Below are positions 1 to 7,528 of a DNA stretch of 24,351 nt, piece after piece (position 1 is the stretch's first letter; each line of letters opens with the position of its first letter). The DNA is from a virus (taxonomy: Duplodnaviria > Caudoviricetes). The stretch covers positions 1-24,351 of the IMG/VR virus record IMGVR_UViG_3300022198_002878, one strand, 5' to 3'. Position numbers and translations under genes: made by a program. A model generated the notes under the pieces. It had not been told where the DNA came from. It worked only from the letters and a program-made list of their open reading frames with translations, and did not search any database.

Positions 1-2
1 CT

Positions 3-488
3 GAGAACCTGCCAGCGAATCTAAAGGTCGAGGAAGCCTGCCCAAATATATTTACGGGCCAGAAGTTCTTCGATCAAAGGCCGCAGGATTATGCGATGGT
101 CGTTAAGATGTTGGCAGAGGGATCGACTATCAAACAGATATGTAAAACCTGTAAAGTTTCTCCTCATACGATAGCCATAGTCAAATCTCGTGAAGGAGAT
201 ACCCTAAAGGAGTCTAAAAAACATTTGAGAGCTTTAATAGGTACTGCGACTCATCTTGCTGTGGAAAAGCTCATAACGAAACTACAAGACGATGAAATTC
301 CATCAGGTGTTCTCCCTATCGCTACCGGCATACTGATTGATAAGCATCGCCAGTACGAAGGTGAGCCGACTCAAACCATTGAGGTGAAGAAATCTTTATC
401 CCTCGATGAGATCCGAGCCGAGCTGGCTAACCTCAAGAACGAAAAAGTAATTGAGGCTGAAGTTACGGATGTAGAGACATCCGCCTAA
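3..488 (+). CDS. HTH DNA-binding protein, terminase small subunit-like (5'-partial)
   Basis: The frame is open from position 3 (ENLPANLKVEEACPNIFTGQKFFDQRPQDYAMVVKML...), so the gene starts outside the window. It has an HTH-like segment (MLAEGSTIKQICKTCKVSPHTIAIVK), a helical middle, and an IATGILIDK...EPTQTIEV...KVIEAEV tail typical of environmental phage TerS-like proteins. Confidence 0.55.
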   Translation, partial: ENLPANLKVEEACPNIFTGQKFFDQRPQDYAMVVKMLAEGSTIKQICKTCKVSPHTIAIVKSREGDTLKESKKHLRALIGTATHLAVEKLITKLQDDEIPSGVLPIATGILIDKHRQYEGEPTQTIEVKKSLSLDEIRAELANLKNEKVIEAEVTDVETSA

Positions 489-514
489 CCGCCTGACCTG
501 CAATCCTTAGATTG

Positions 515-583
515 CCAGCCTACCTGGTTGGCTGTGTCAGAATATATATTTTTACCAGCCTACCTGATTGTCTATGTCAGAAT
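515..583. repeat. Two 29-bp direct repeats with a 40-bp period
   Basis: ccagcctacctggttggctgtgtcagaat (515-543) vs ccagcctacctgattgtctatgtcagaat (555-583): 26/29 identical, separated by an AT-only 11-bp spacer. Confidence 0.9.
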
Positions 584-795
584 GCTTTGATGTAATATCC
601 CTAGGATAGCGTTTAACGGGGCAGGAAGGCATCTATTTAGCCTTTTCCCTATCAAGCGAGTCTTCTGACTCATCTTTACCTGATCAAAGCCTTTTACGAG
701 CATATGGTTCTTACCTGTGTATTTGATTCTCACGAGTGGTAGTAGTAGTGGTTTAAATCTTTTACGATGATAATCTGAGTAGGTGGTCGAGCTTG

Positions 796-950
796 TAGGC
801 TATTGTATCGTAGTACCGACTTCCCTTTACCCCGTCCGTCAGGGTAAGGGGTGGCGGGTGTGAGCGGTAGGTATTGCGAAGCAATAGCTAATGGCCGACT
901 TTGGAGGCCATAGCTTACCCTGCCAGGGAAGTAGGTACTACTATAGCCTG
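796..950 (+). other. Nested multi-branch stem-loop element (structured ssDNA or ncRNA; candidate origin/primase signal)
   Basis: Pairings read directly from the sequence: 796-803/943-950; 810-825/926-941 (one G-A mismatch); 827-832/842-847; 852-865/913-925 (one bulge); 872-877/881-886 (GAA loop); 891-896/906-911. The G-T wobbles pair on the + strand only. Confidence 0.75.
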
Positions 951-955
951 TTTTT

Positions 956-997
956 ACCACCACCCTCCTTTTTATATATAAGGGGGGGGGTGGTGGT
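956..997. repeat. 42-bp imperfect palindrome with a TTATATATAA centre
   Basis: accacca-ccctccttt-ttatatataa-ggggggggg-tggtggt. The arms pair fully on the + strand when G-T wobbles are allowed. It lies 23 bp beyond the helicase stop codon. Confidence 0.85.
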
Positions 998-1020
998 TCT
1001 TAGAAGGAAAATCGGCATAA

Positions 1021-2169
1021 TTACTCGGTATAGGAATAGATGTTTGGGAAACCATTTTTAGTGATATGTACACTAATATTTTTCTTACAAATACCCATAA
1101 TCGTTTCAAATTTCTTATCTTTTATTATCTCTTTTGTTTTCTCCTCAAGTTTTTGTCGGAGCTTTTCGTATCCTTCGACTGAGTTAGTTTTTAATATTTC
1201 GATAAGGGCATTGGATAGCTTTTCGTTTAGTTTTTTATTCTCTTTAGACTGCCCTGGCTTTCTTAATTTGGGTTCTAGGTCAGGCTTATGGATAAAGTTT
1301 GGCCATGAAAATTCTACCACTTGGGGGTCGGGAGTTGGGAAGTCTCGGAGGGTGGCCTCGAGTACGAGGTGATCCTCTTCCTCGTGAGGTGTTAGGGTAA
1401 GGATAGCATCGGGGTCACGGGCAAACACGCCTGACCCGCTTGCCCGATCGATGTGGTCTGTGTCAGACTTGTTTCCCTTTGAGAAATGGTGGGCGTAGAC
1501 GAATGAGCAGTCTAAGCGTTCGGAGAACTTCTCCATGCGGTTGACTACTTCGGAGATTGCACCGGCATCGTTTTCATCTGCCCCTGTTGCGAGTTTGTAG
1601 AATGGATCGACTATTACGAGGTCGGGCTGGTAGTTGGGGAGATCCTCGATGTGGTGGACGAGGTCTTCGAGGGATCGGGATTGGCCTCGTAGTCCGCAGT
1701 AGAGGAAGCGGGGGTTCTGTTTATAGATACCTGGATTGGAAGCGATGATGGAGGTTATTCGCTTGGCGGCCATACGGGGCTTTAGCTCGAAGTCTAGGTA
1801 GATTACATTCCCTTGGGTTGTCTCGTGACCTAGCCAGGGCTTTCCGTTGGATACGGCTAGTCCGAGGTGGAGGAGGGATAAGGTTTTACCTGCTTTCGAG
1901 GAGCCTGATATAATCATCTTCGATCCTTTATGTAGGACATTCTTGATGATTTGGGGAGGCATTTCTGTGTGGGTATCGATTGATACTATGTCGGAGAGGG
2001 TGAGAAACTTGGGGGCAGGTAGCGGGTCATCGATTGCCAGCGAGTAGGTTTGGGGTGCATCGGATGACGGGGCTGGATAGTCTACTGGTCCTCGGGAGGA
2101 AAAGTATATATCCAGTTCATCTGCTTTCGCTAGTGTCTCGGGGTTTAGGTAATCTTCTCTGTATGCCAT
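1021..2169 (-). CDS. AAA_25 / RepA-like (SF4-related) replicative helicase
   Basis: Walker A GSSKAGKT, YLDFE, Walker B LVIVDPFY, YAHHFSK, and the RASGSGVFARDPD motif. It lies downstream of the primase gene. Confidence 0.85.
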   Translation of the reverse strand: MAYREDYLNPETLAKADELDIYFSSRGPVDYPAPSSDAPQTYSLAIDDPLPAPKFLTLSDIVSIDTHTEMPPQIIKNVLHKGSKMIISGSSKAGKTLSLLHLGLAVSNGKPWLGHETTQGNVIYLDFELKPRMAAKRITSIIASNPGIYKQNPRFLYCGLRGQSRSLEDLVHHIEDLPNYQPDLVIVDPFYKLATGADENDAGAISEVVNRMEKFSERLDCSFVYAHHFSKGNKSDTDHIDRASGSGVFARDPDAILTLTPHEEEDHLVLEATLRDFPTPDPQVVEFSWPNFIHKPDLEPKLRKPGQSKENKKLNEKLSNALIEILKTNSVEGYEKLRQKLEEKTKEIIKDKKFETIMGICKKNISVHITKNGFPNIYSYTE

Positions 2170-2187
2170 TTGCGTATGATTGTATGG

Positions 2188-2364
2188 TTAATGTTTGTGT
2201 TTTACTAAGATAATAAAGTCGGGCTTCCCTTCGCCTTTCTCGCGGACAATGATAACTAGGTTTGTCTCGTCCATACGGGATGCGAAGTTTACGGCATCCT
2301 CCATTGGAACCCCTAAGCTAATAAACCGTCTTGCGATGGTTTTTTGTAGGGCTATTGCTTCCAA
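2188..2364 (-). CDS. Small hypothetical protein (58 aa, TTG start; not in the ORF track)
   Basis: Translated by hand: MEAIALQKTIARRFISLGVPMEDAVNFASRMDETNLVIIVREKGEGKPDFIILVKHKH*. A GGAGG lies just upstream of the TTG, and the ORF fills the gap between primase and helicase. Confidence 0.6.
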   Translation of the reverse strand: MEAIALQKTIARRFISLGVPMEDAVNFASRMDETNLVIIVREKGEGKPDFIILVKHKH

Positions 2365-3203
2365 AAGATTACCTCCTGCTTGGCTGGATAGGGTTCCCCT
2401 TCCTTTCTGCGTGTTCCCCAGGGTAATCGGCAGAGTTGGTTCATTAGTTTAAATCGTGGATCTCCACCGAGCTTTTGGGAGAGTTCTAGAAATTCTGCTT
2501 TGTATCCCTCGATCCAATGGAACCATGCGTGTAGAGACTTCCCTCCTGAATTGACGATCATTTTGAGCGGGGCAATCTGTTCGAGGCGTTGGATCAGGCC
2601 AAGCTGTTGCTCGAATGAGAGGGATGGATCGTCTGTCTCGTGAATAAAGTATTTACGCCCCAGCACCTGTGCTTCTGACCGGTTGGTCGCATGGGCGGGG
2701 AAGGTGTTGTATGTGGTGAACTGGTAGTCGGCTAGATCGGGCATAGCGATTGCCTGTGCAATCGTCATGGGTGCAGATCGCTCGGCGACTACCCGCTGGA
2801 CAAAGATTGATTCGTCAAGATGGAAGAGTCCTTTGAGCGTATCCTCGGCATTCATCGGAATGGGGTCGGATCGGAGGGTGAACTTCTCGAATAATCCGGC
2901 ATACCCTAAGTTGTTTTCTTTTAGGGCGGGGTCAGGTTGCGCTACCTTTATTGGGTTCTTGGGCAGGTCGGGGTTGTTATGTCGATGATATGCTCCTTTT
3001 ATAGCGTTGCGTAGCTCGGCTGGTTGGTTTGGGCGGTGGGATACTTTATCGAGTAGTGCGAGCAATGCTCTTTCTGCCTCGGCTGGGTCTTTTGTGTACC
3101 TGGTCACAACGAGGGACAAGCGGAGCAGGATATCGTGATGGGACAATAAACCGCTTGGCAGGTTTTCGAGACACCTGCGTATATCTCCTTTCAGGGTGGC
3201 CAT
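2352..3203 (-). CDS. Archaeo-eukaryotic-type (AEP) primase with an N-terminal helical PriCT-like domain
   Basis: Motif I-like HETDD, motif II NSGGKSLHAWF, motif III-like GGDPR...LCRLPWG. Located next to the helicase. Confidence 0.8.
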   Translation of the reverse strand: MATLKGDIRRCLENLPSGLLSHHDILLRLSLVVTRYTKDPAEAERALLALLDKVSHRPNQPAELRNAIKGAYHRHNNPDLPKNPIKVAQPDPALKENNLGYAGLFEKFTLRSDPIPMNAEDTLKGLFHLDESIFVQRVVAERSAPMTIAQAIAMPDLADYQFTTYNTFPAHATNRSEAQVLGRKYFIHETDDPSLSFEQQLGLIQRLEQIAPLKMIVNSGGKSLHAWFHWIEGYKAEFLELSQKLGGDPRFKLMNQLCRLPWGTRRKEGEPYPAKQEVIFWKQ

Positions 3204-3204
3204 A

Positions 3205-3420
3205 TTATTCTTCTGCTAGGAGTCGGGTGATCTGCTCGGTAATTTTGATCATCGCCCCTCGTTCGATCTTGGAGATCGTCTGCTTGGCGACACCTGCTTT
3301 TCGGGCAATCTCGTCCTGAGTGTATCCTCGGTGGTCCTCGGGCAATGCTCTGAGCATTTGTCGGAGACGGGCATCGGTTGCCATCTTACGGATGGAATTA
3401 CTCGGCCTGCTTGTCGTCAT
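3205..3420 (-). CDS. XRE/Cro-like HTH protein (true start may be the internal Met of MATDARL)
   Basis: YTQDEIARKAGVAKQTISKIERG is a canonical XRE helix-turn-helix. Confidence 0.85.
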   Translation of the reverse strand: MTTSRPSNSIRKMATDARLRQMLRALPEDHRGYTQDEIARKAGVAKQTISKIERGAMIKITEQITRLLAEE

Positions 3421-3916
3421 CCACAGTCACCCACTCGGTTATAAAATGTTCAGGTATGCCATGCTCGGATATATGAGAATCGCTTGGATCGATCTCGTGG
3501 CCTTTCCGAGAGATGTGTATAATCTTGTACGATATTTTGTACAAGTCTGCCCACCGCTTGATCGCCCATGCCTCATTGGGGAATCGGATATCATCGAATA
3601 CAACGAGGCGTTTACCGAGGTATGGCTCTGCCATCCGCTTGGCCGCATCGACCCAAATGTTTGGATAAATGGATTCCCTGCCCCACTCTGTGCCGAGTGT
3701 CTGTAACATGTTACGGGTAGTAATACCTTCAGGGAATCCTGGTATCGGTTCTTCCTTTCGATCTAGCCAAGCGGGATGGGGAAGGACGACCTTGAGCATC
3801 TCCTTGATCGGTGTGGCGAATGACAGGGTCACTCCACCCAGGGATCGTGCATAGGTCGATTTCCCCACTCCTTTAGGGCCACATAATCCTATCAGTTTAG
3901 GTGCTGTACTCGTCAT
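3398..3916 (-). CDS. Deoxynucleoside monophosphate kinase
   Basis: P-loop GLCGPKGVGKST, plus SFATPIK, RNMLQTLGTEWGR, DDIRFPNE and SHISE, all typical of phage dNMP kinases. Confidence 0.9.
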   Translation of the reverse strand: MTSTAPKLIGLCGPKGVGKSTYARSLGGVTLSFATPIKEMLKVVLPHPAWLDRKEEPIPGFPEGITTRNMLQTLGTEWGRESIYPNIWVDAAKRMAEPYLGKRLVVFDDIRFPNEAWAIKRWADLYKISYKIIHISRKGHEIDPSDSHISEHGIPEHFITEWVTVDDDKQAE

Positions 3917-4350
3917 ACTTTTTTCTCCATGAAATCAATTAATGATTTAGAAAAATCCGAGCATGACTTAATAAACTTTCGGGAATGAATATCAGCACTC
4001 TTGGCGATCAGTTCGTTCGCCTCTTCCTTTTTCTTCTCGTAGTACCGATCAAACTTTTCCTTTTTAGCCTCCAAGGATTTTAGTTCCTTGCCTAGCTTTA
4101 TCTTATGAATACGAAGTTGTTCCTCTACCGATTTTAATTCCTTCTCGGCATCTGCCATTTTTTTGGCAACCAATGGGTCTAACGGACTTCCATCTTTCAA
4201 TTCATTCAACTCATCTAGCCTAAAAAATACTGTTCTGATATTTCCCATGCCTTCGACTTTCACATACACTCGATGATCGTCTCCAAGCCATGCACGGATC
4301 GAATCAAAAACGGGTCCATTTCCTACAGTTTCTATATTTTTATTTTTCAT
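3913..4350 (-). CDS. Hypothetical protein with a Lys/Glu-rich coiled coil
   Basis: 145-aa ORF with ATGA overlaps at both ends and a heptad-like C-terminal half; AT-rich. Confidence 0.65.
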   Translation of the reverse strand: MKNKNIETVGNGPVFDSIRAWLGDDHRVYVKVEGMGNIRTVFFRLDELNELKDGSPLDPLVAKKMADAEKELKSVEEQLRIHKIKLGKELKSLEAKKEKFDRYYEKKKEEANELIAKSADIHSRKFIKSCSDFSKSLIDFMEKKV

Positions 4351-4469
4351 TCAGTAAATCCAGCGCCTCCCATAATCGCACAAAAGAATGCGATAATTAC
4401 CCATATCCATACCCCTATCGCTAGGAGCATGAATCCTGTATACGCCAACCATTCCACCAGTTGTTTCAT
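4347..4469 (-). CDS. Small membrane protein (40 aa; not in the ORF track)
   Basis: MKQLVEWLAYTGFMLLAIGVWIWVIIAFFCAIMGGAGFTE*. It has one long hydrophobic helix, and its stop overlaps the next start (ATGA). Confidence 0.6.
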   Translation of the reverse strand: MKQLVEWLAYTGFMLLAIGVWIWVIIAFFCAIMGGAGFTE

Positions 4470-4502
4470 AATTAATAATGTGTTTTGATTATTATCTTGT
4501 AG

Positions 4503-4691
4503 TTATCGGGTTTTTACATTCTTGCGGAACTCAGGGTCATTAACTAAAGATTCAAATTTCGCCTGTAGTATTTCTTTTATCAAAAGCTCAAATTTTTCGA
4601 CAAACTCGACAAACTCTTGGTGTCTGTCTTTAGGTAAAATCTGTAGCCAAGGATTAACAGTATCGCTTATTAGTTTCTTCATTTCTTCCAT
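4503..4691 (-). CDS. Hypothetical protein (62 aa)
   Basis: Starts 1 nt after the polymerase stop on the same strand as the operon. Confidence 0.6.
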   Translation of the reverse strand: MEEMKKLISDTVNPWLQILPKDRHQEFVEFVEKFELLIKEILQAKFESLVNDPEFRKNVKTR

Positions 4692-4692
4692 A

Positions 4693-6276
4693 TCAGTAGT
4701 GTGTTTTGATTTCCCCCTCAGCGGCCAAGGGTAGACCAGGGTAGCTTTGAGGTTCCTCGGTTAGTATTTTGATTAAAAGATCAAGTGCCGCCTGCCCCTC
4801 GTTCTCTCCAACCTCTAGGGTTACTGAGTCATGGACATGGAGGCAGATCGGGAGACCGGCATCTTCGATACGAATAAGCGCGTCTGCAAAGATGGATCGG
4901 GCAGTTGCTTGTACGATGTTTTGAAACAGCCTAGCCCCGTAGAGTTTTACCGGTTCATATCCTCGGGTAGTCGAGGCAAAGAGTTCTCCATTCTGCTCAT
5001 AGGCATGGAAGTATCGAACGGGTAAACCACAGCGTGTTTCAAATGTAATACATTCAGGAGTCTCCTTCATCCACTCACGAAATTGGTCCTCCATTTTGGA
5101 CCATGCGAGCATCACATTGGGGTTCTGCGCTCGATATAGAAGTACCTGCTTTTTAGCCTCTGCTTCGGTCATATTCACACCGAATGATTTTGCTACTTCT
5201 AGAAACTTCGTTGCTCCACACCCATAGCCCAGCCCGAGCAGTCTAGCCTTGCACAGCTTTCTCATCTCAGGGGCAAGCTCGGCCATTGGTTCATCCTCAT
5301 TGTACAGCTTGGATGCCCGACCATGTGCCTCGTATATATCGATCCCTCCACGGACTAGGCCGAGAAAGTCTGCATCGCCTACCAGGTAAGCAATTACCCG
5401 AGGCTCGATCTGTGAGAGGTCGGCCGATACAATCACCCTACCCTGTGGAGCCTGTAAGCATTTACGGGCAGAAGTATCTGCCACCTCATCGTTAGGAATA
5501 GCCTGAAAGTTTATTACTCCTCCACCACTCCACCTCTTCGTATGGGGAGCGCCACAATATTTCAAACGAGTGGGTACTCGGCGGTCTGCCCGTTGGCCCA
5601 TGATTAATTTCTGATAGGTTTGCAGGGCAAGGTTTGCCTGCCTCCACTCGGTTGTCTTTCTATCTGATTCTTCGAGGATCTTTTCTGCCTTATCTATAAA
5701 CTGCTGGCATAGTGGACCATTGATCGCCAAACCTCTGTTTGCGATCCTTCGGGTGAGTGCAGAAAGTGTTCTCTCTTTCCTTGAAAATCCAACATCGAGT
5801 TTTTGATATACACGGAGACAGGCTCGACTATCTTCTAAAGCGTAATTGATAAAATTAGAGTTCGCCTGAATATCTTCAACGGATAATCCTGCCATCTGCT
5901 CACGGGCATCCTTAGATAATTCCTCGTTAAATAGTTCTTTATATACACCCGCCAAGGAGCGTGGAAGCTGGTGGTATGATGCCATATCGGCTGTGCATAT
6001 CCACTCGGCAGGCATAAACTCGGGCATCTGCCCTCGATAGATGGCGGCTCGGGCACAGACGCTATCAAACTCAGCATTGTGGGAGATTAAAGTGTGGCCG
6101 TTTAGGCGCTCCACCGTCAACTTCTGTGGCTCCCCTACCCATTCAAATCCATCCTCTGCTACGATGGATACGAGGGTGACTCGGAAGTCGGGATGCTTCA
6201 CATATCGGTCGAGGCCAATCTTTGCGACTGAGTATTGCTTGGTCCAGTAGGTTTCTAGATCAAAGGCTACGAGCAT
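4693..6276 (-). CDS. polA: DNA polymerase family A with 3'-5' exonuclease (short thumb, Leu762 type)
   Basis: Exo I DLET, Exo II HNAEFD, Exo III YALED; TKRWSGGGVINFQAIP; motif A SADLSQIEPR; motif B RKLCKARLLGLGYG; motif C HVHDS. Confidence 0.95.
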   Translation of the reverse strand: MLVAFDLETYWTKQYSVAKIGLDRYVKHPDFRVTLVSIVAEDGFEWVGEPQKLTVERLNGHTLISHNAEFDSVCARAAIYRGQMPEFMPAEWICTADMASYHQLPRSLAGVYKELFNEELSKDAREQMAGLSVEDIQANSNFINYALEDSRACLRVYQKLDVGFSRKERTLSALTRRIANRGLAINGPLCQQFIDKAEKILEESDRKTTEWRQANLALQTYQKLIMGQRADRRVPTRLKYCGAPHTKRWSGGGVINFQAIPNDEVADTSARKCLQAPQGRVIVSADLSQIEPRVIAYLVGDADFLGLVRGGIDIYEAHGRASKLYNEDEPMAELAPEMRKLCKARLLGLGYGCGATKFLEVAKSFGVNMTEAEAKKQVLLYRAQNPNVMLAWSKMEDQFREWMKETPECITFETRCGLPVRYFHAYEQNGELFASTTRGYEPVKLYGARLFQNIVQATARSIFADALIRIEDAGLPICLHVHDSVTLEVGENEGQAALDLLIKILTEEPQSYPGLPLAAEGEIKTHY

Positions 6277-7319
6277 GGGAACATATCCATTTGCGTGAGC
6301 GATAATCTTTTTCCGATTAACTCACAGTATTTCGGGTTTAATTCGCACAGAATAGCATCACGCTGTAATTCGTTCGCAACTTCTGCTGTTGTTCCACTCC
6401 CACCAAACGGATCAAGAACAACTCCACCCTGTGGGCATCCAGCTTTAATGCATGGACGAATGAGTTTCTTTGGGTAAGTAGCAAAGTGAGCCTCGGGGTA
6501 AGGTCTAGTATTTACAGTCCAAACGGATCGCTTGTTACGAGTATTATATATTTTATTATCGCCCCCAAACTCATGCTGTTCATATCTATTTTTCGACCCT
6601 CCTCTTGGCTGGTCCTTGTAGGAGGCTTCTTCCATTATCGCCTCATGGTCATAATAATACTTTGAGGACTTACTAAGTAAGAAGATATATTCGTGAGCCT
6701 TAGTGCATCGATCTGTAACAGACTCAGGCATCGGGTTTGGCTTGTGCCAAATAATATCTTGCCTCAAATACCAACCATCCGCTTGTAATGCGAAAGCGAC
6801 TCGCCAAGGTATTCCGACAAGGTCTTTAGGCTTTAATAAATCATCGGTAAAAGGTTTGGTCACATACTCCAAGTGCCTTTCTCCATTGTCCTTAAGATTA
6901 CCCGCTGGCCCTTTACCGCTACCAGCATAACTATCCCCGAGGTTAAGCCAAAGCGTACCATCCTTGGTAAGCACCCTCTTAACCTCTGAAAAGACCTTTA
7001 CCATATTAGCCACATATTCTTCGGGTGTTTCTTCGAGTCCTAGTTGGCTGTCTTTACGAGTTGCTCCACACTTTGGGCATTCTGTTTTATAAATACCATC
7101 ACCGATTGCTCCTTCTAAATTCTTTTGCCCCGTGGAGCAGGAATCTGAATGTTTACTATCTCGTTTATGAGAACAATTAGGATTACCACCTTGCCATTCT
7201 GCTGTGCCATAATCTCTAAGCCCCCAATACGGAGGGGAGGTCACGCAACAGTTTACAGATTCGTCCTCTAAAGTTTTTAACGAATCTATGCAGTTTCCTT
7301 GTAATATTTTATAATTCAT
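6267..7319 (-). CDS. DNA N4-C/N6-A methyltransferase, beta class, with a Cys-rich insert
   Basis: Catalytic TSPPY lies N-terminal and the SAM-binding DPFGGSGTT C-terminal. Also IIWHKPNPMPES and HFATYP. The insert reads CSH...C...CPKCG. Confidence 0.92.
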   Translation of the reverse strand: MNYKILQGNCIDSLKTLEDESVNCCVTSPPYWGLRDYGTAEWQGGNPNCSHKRDSKHSDSCSTGQKNLEGAIGDGIYKTECPKCGATRKDSQLGLEETPEEYVANMVKVFSEVKRVLTKDGTLWLNLGDSYAGSGKGPAGNLKDNGERHLEYVTKPFTDDLLKPKDLVGIPWRVAFALQADGWYLRQDIIWHKPNPMPESVTDRCTKAHEYIFLLSKSSKYYYDHEAIMEEASYKDQPRGGSKNRYEQHEFGGDNKIYNTRNKRSVWTVNTRPYPEAHFATYPKKLIRPCIKAGCPQGGVVLDPFGGSGTTAEVANELQRDAILCELNPKYCELIGKRLSLTQMDMFPCS

Positions 7320-7528
7320 ACCACTTCCCGAAATAAAGTTTCTGCTGATAGGATTGCATTTTCGAGAGTCGGATATTCCGTCTCGGGAAAATCCCTATCG
7401 ATCTGTAGTCGCCAGGTATGTCCATCCTCCTGTTCGACTAAGGTTATATCTGCCTGTCTATTTCCCGCCTTCACGATCACCTTTGATCCACGGGGTAATC
7501 CCAATCCCATTTTGTATTCAGTCTTCAT
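7316..7528 (-). CDS. Hypothetical protein (70 aa from MKTEYK)
   Basis: The ATG at 7528 overlaps the end of the upstream small ORF, which makes it a more plausible start than 7603. The stop overlaps the MTase start. Confidence 0.6.
   Translation of the reverse strand: MKTEYKMGLGLPRGSKVIVKAGNRQADITLVEQEDGHTWRLQIDRDFPETEYPTLENAILSAETLFREVV

Noticed and set aside
260-268. Relaxed DnaA box (TTTTCCACA on the minus strand)
   Set aside because: A single copy inside a coding region, expected by chance.
515-583. Mini-CRISPR array
   Set aside because: Only two imperfect units, an 11-bp spacer, and no cas genes in the window.
605-671. Further hairpins (ggaaggc/gcctttt; gagtc-ttct-gactc) upstream of the main fold
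   Set aside because: Stems are short and wobble-rich and could arise by chance. Revisit only if covariation extends the element leftwards.
796-950. tRNA, tmRNA or retron msr/msd
   Set aside because: No T-loop/D-loop consensus, CCA end or tag ORF, and no reverse transcriptase in the window.
730-963. 77-aa minus-strand ORF in the track
   Set aside because: It lies across the folded element and has no recognisable protein features; nucleic-acid structure explains the sequence better.
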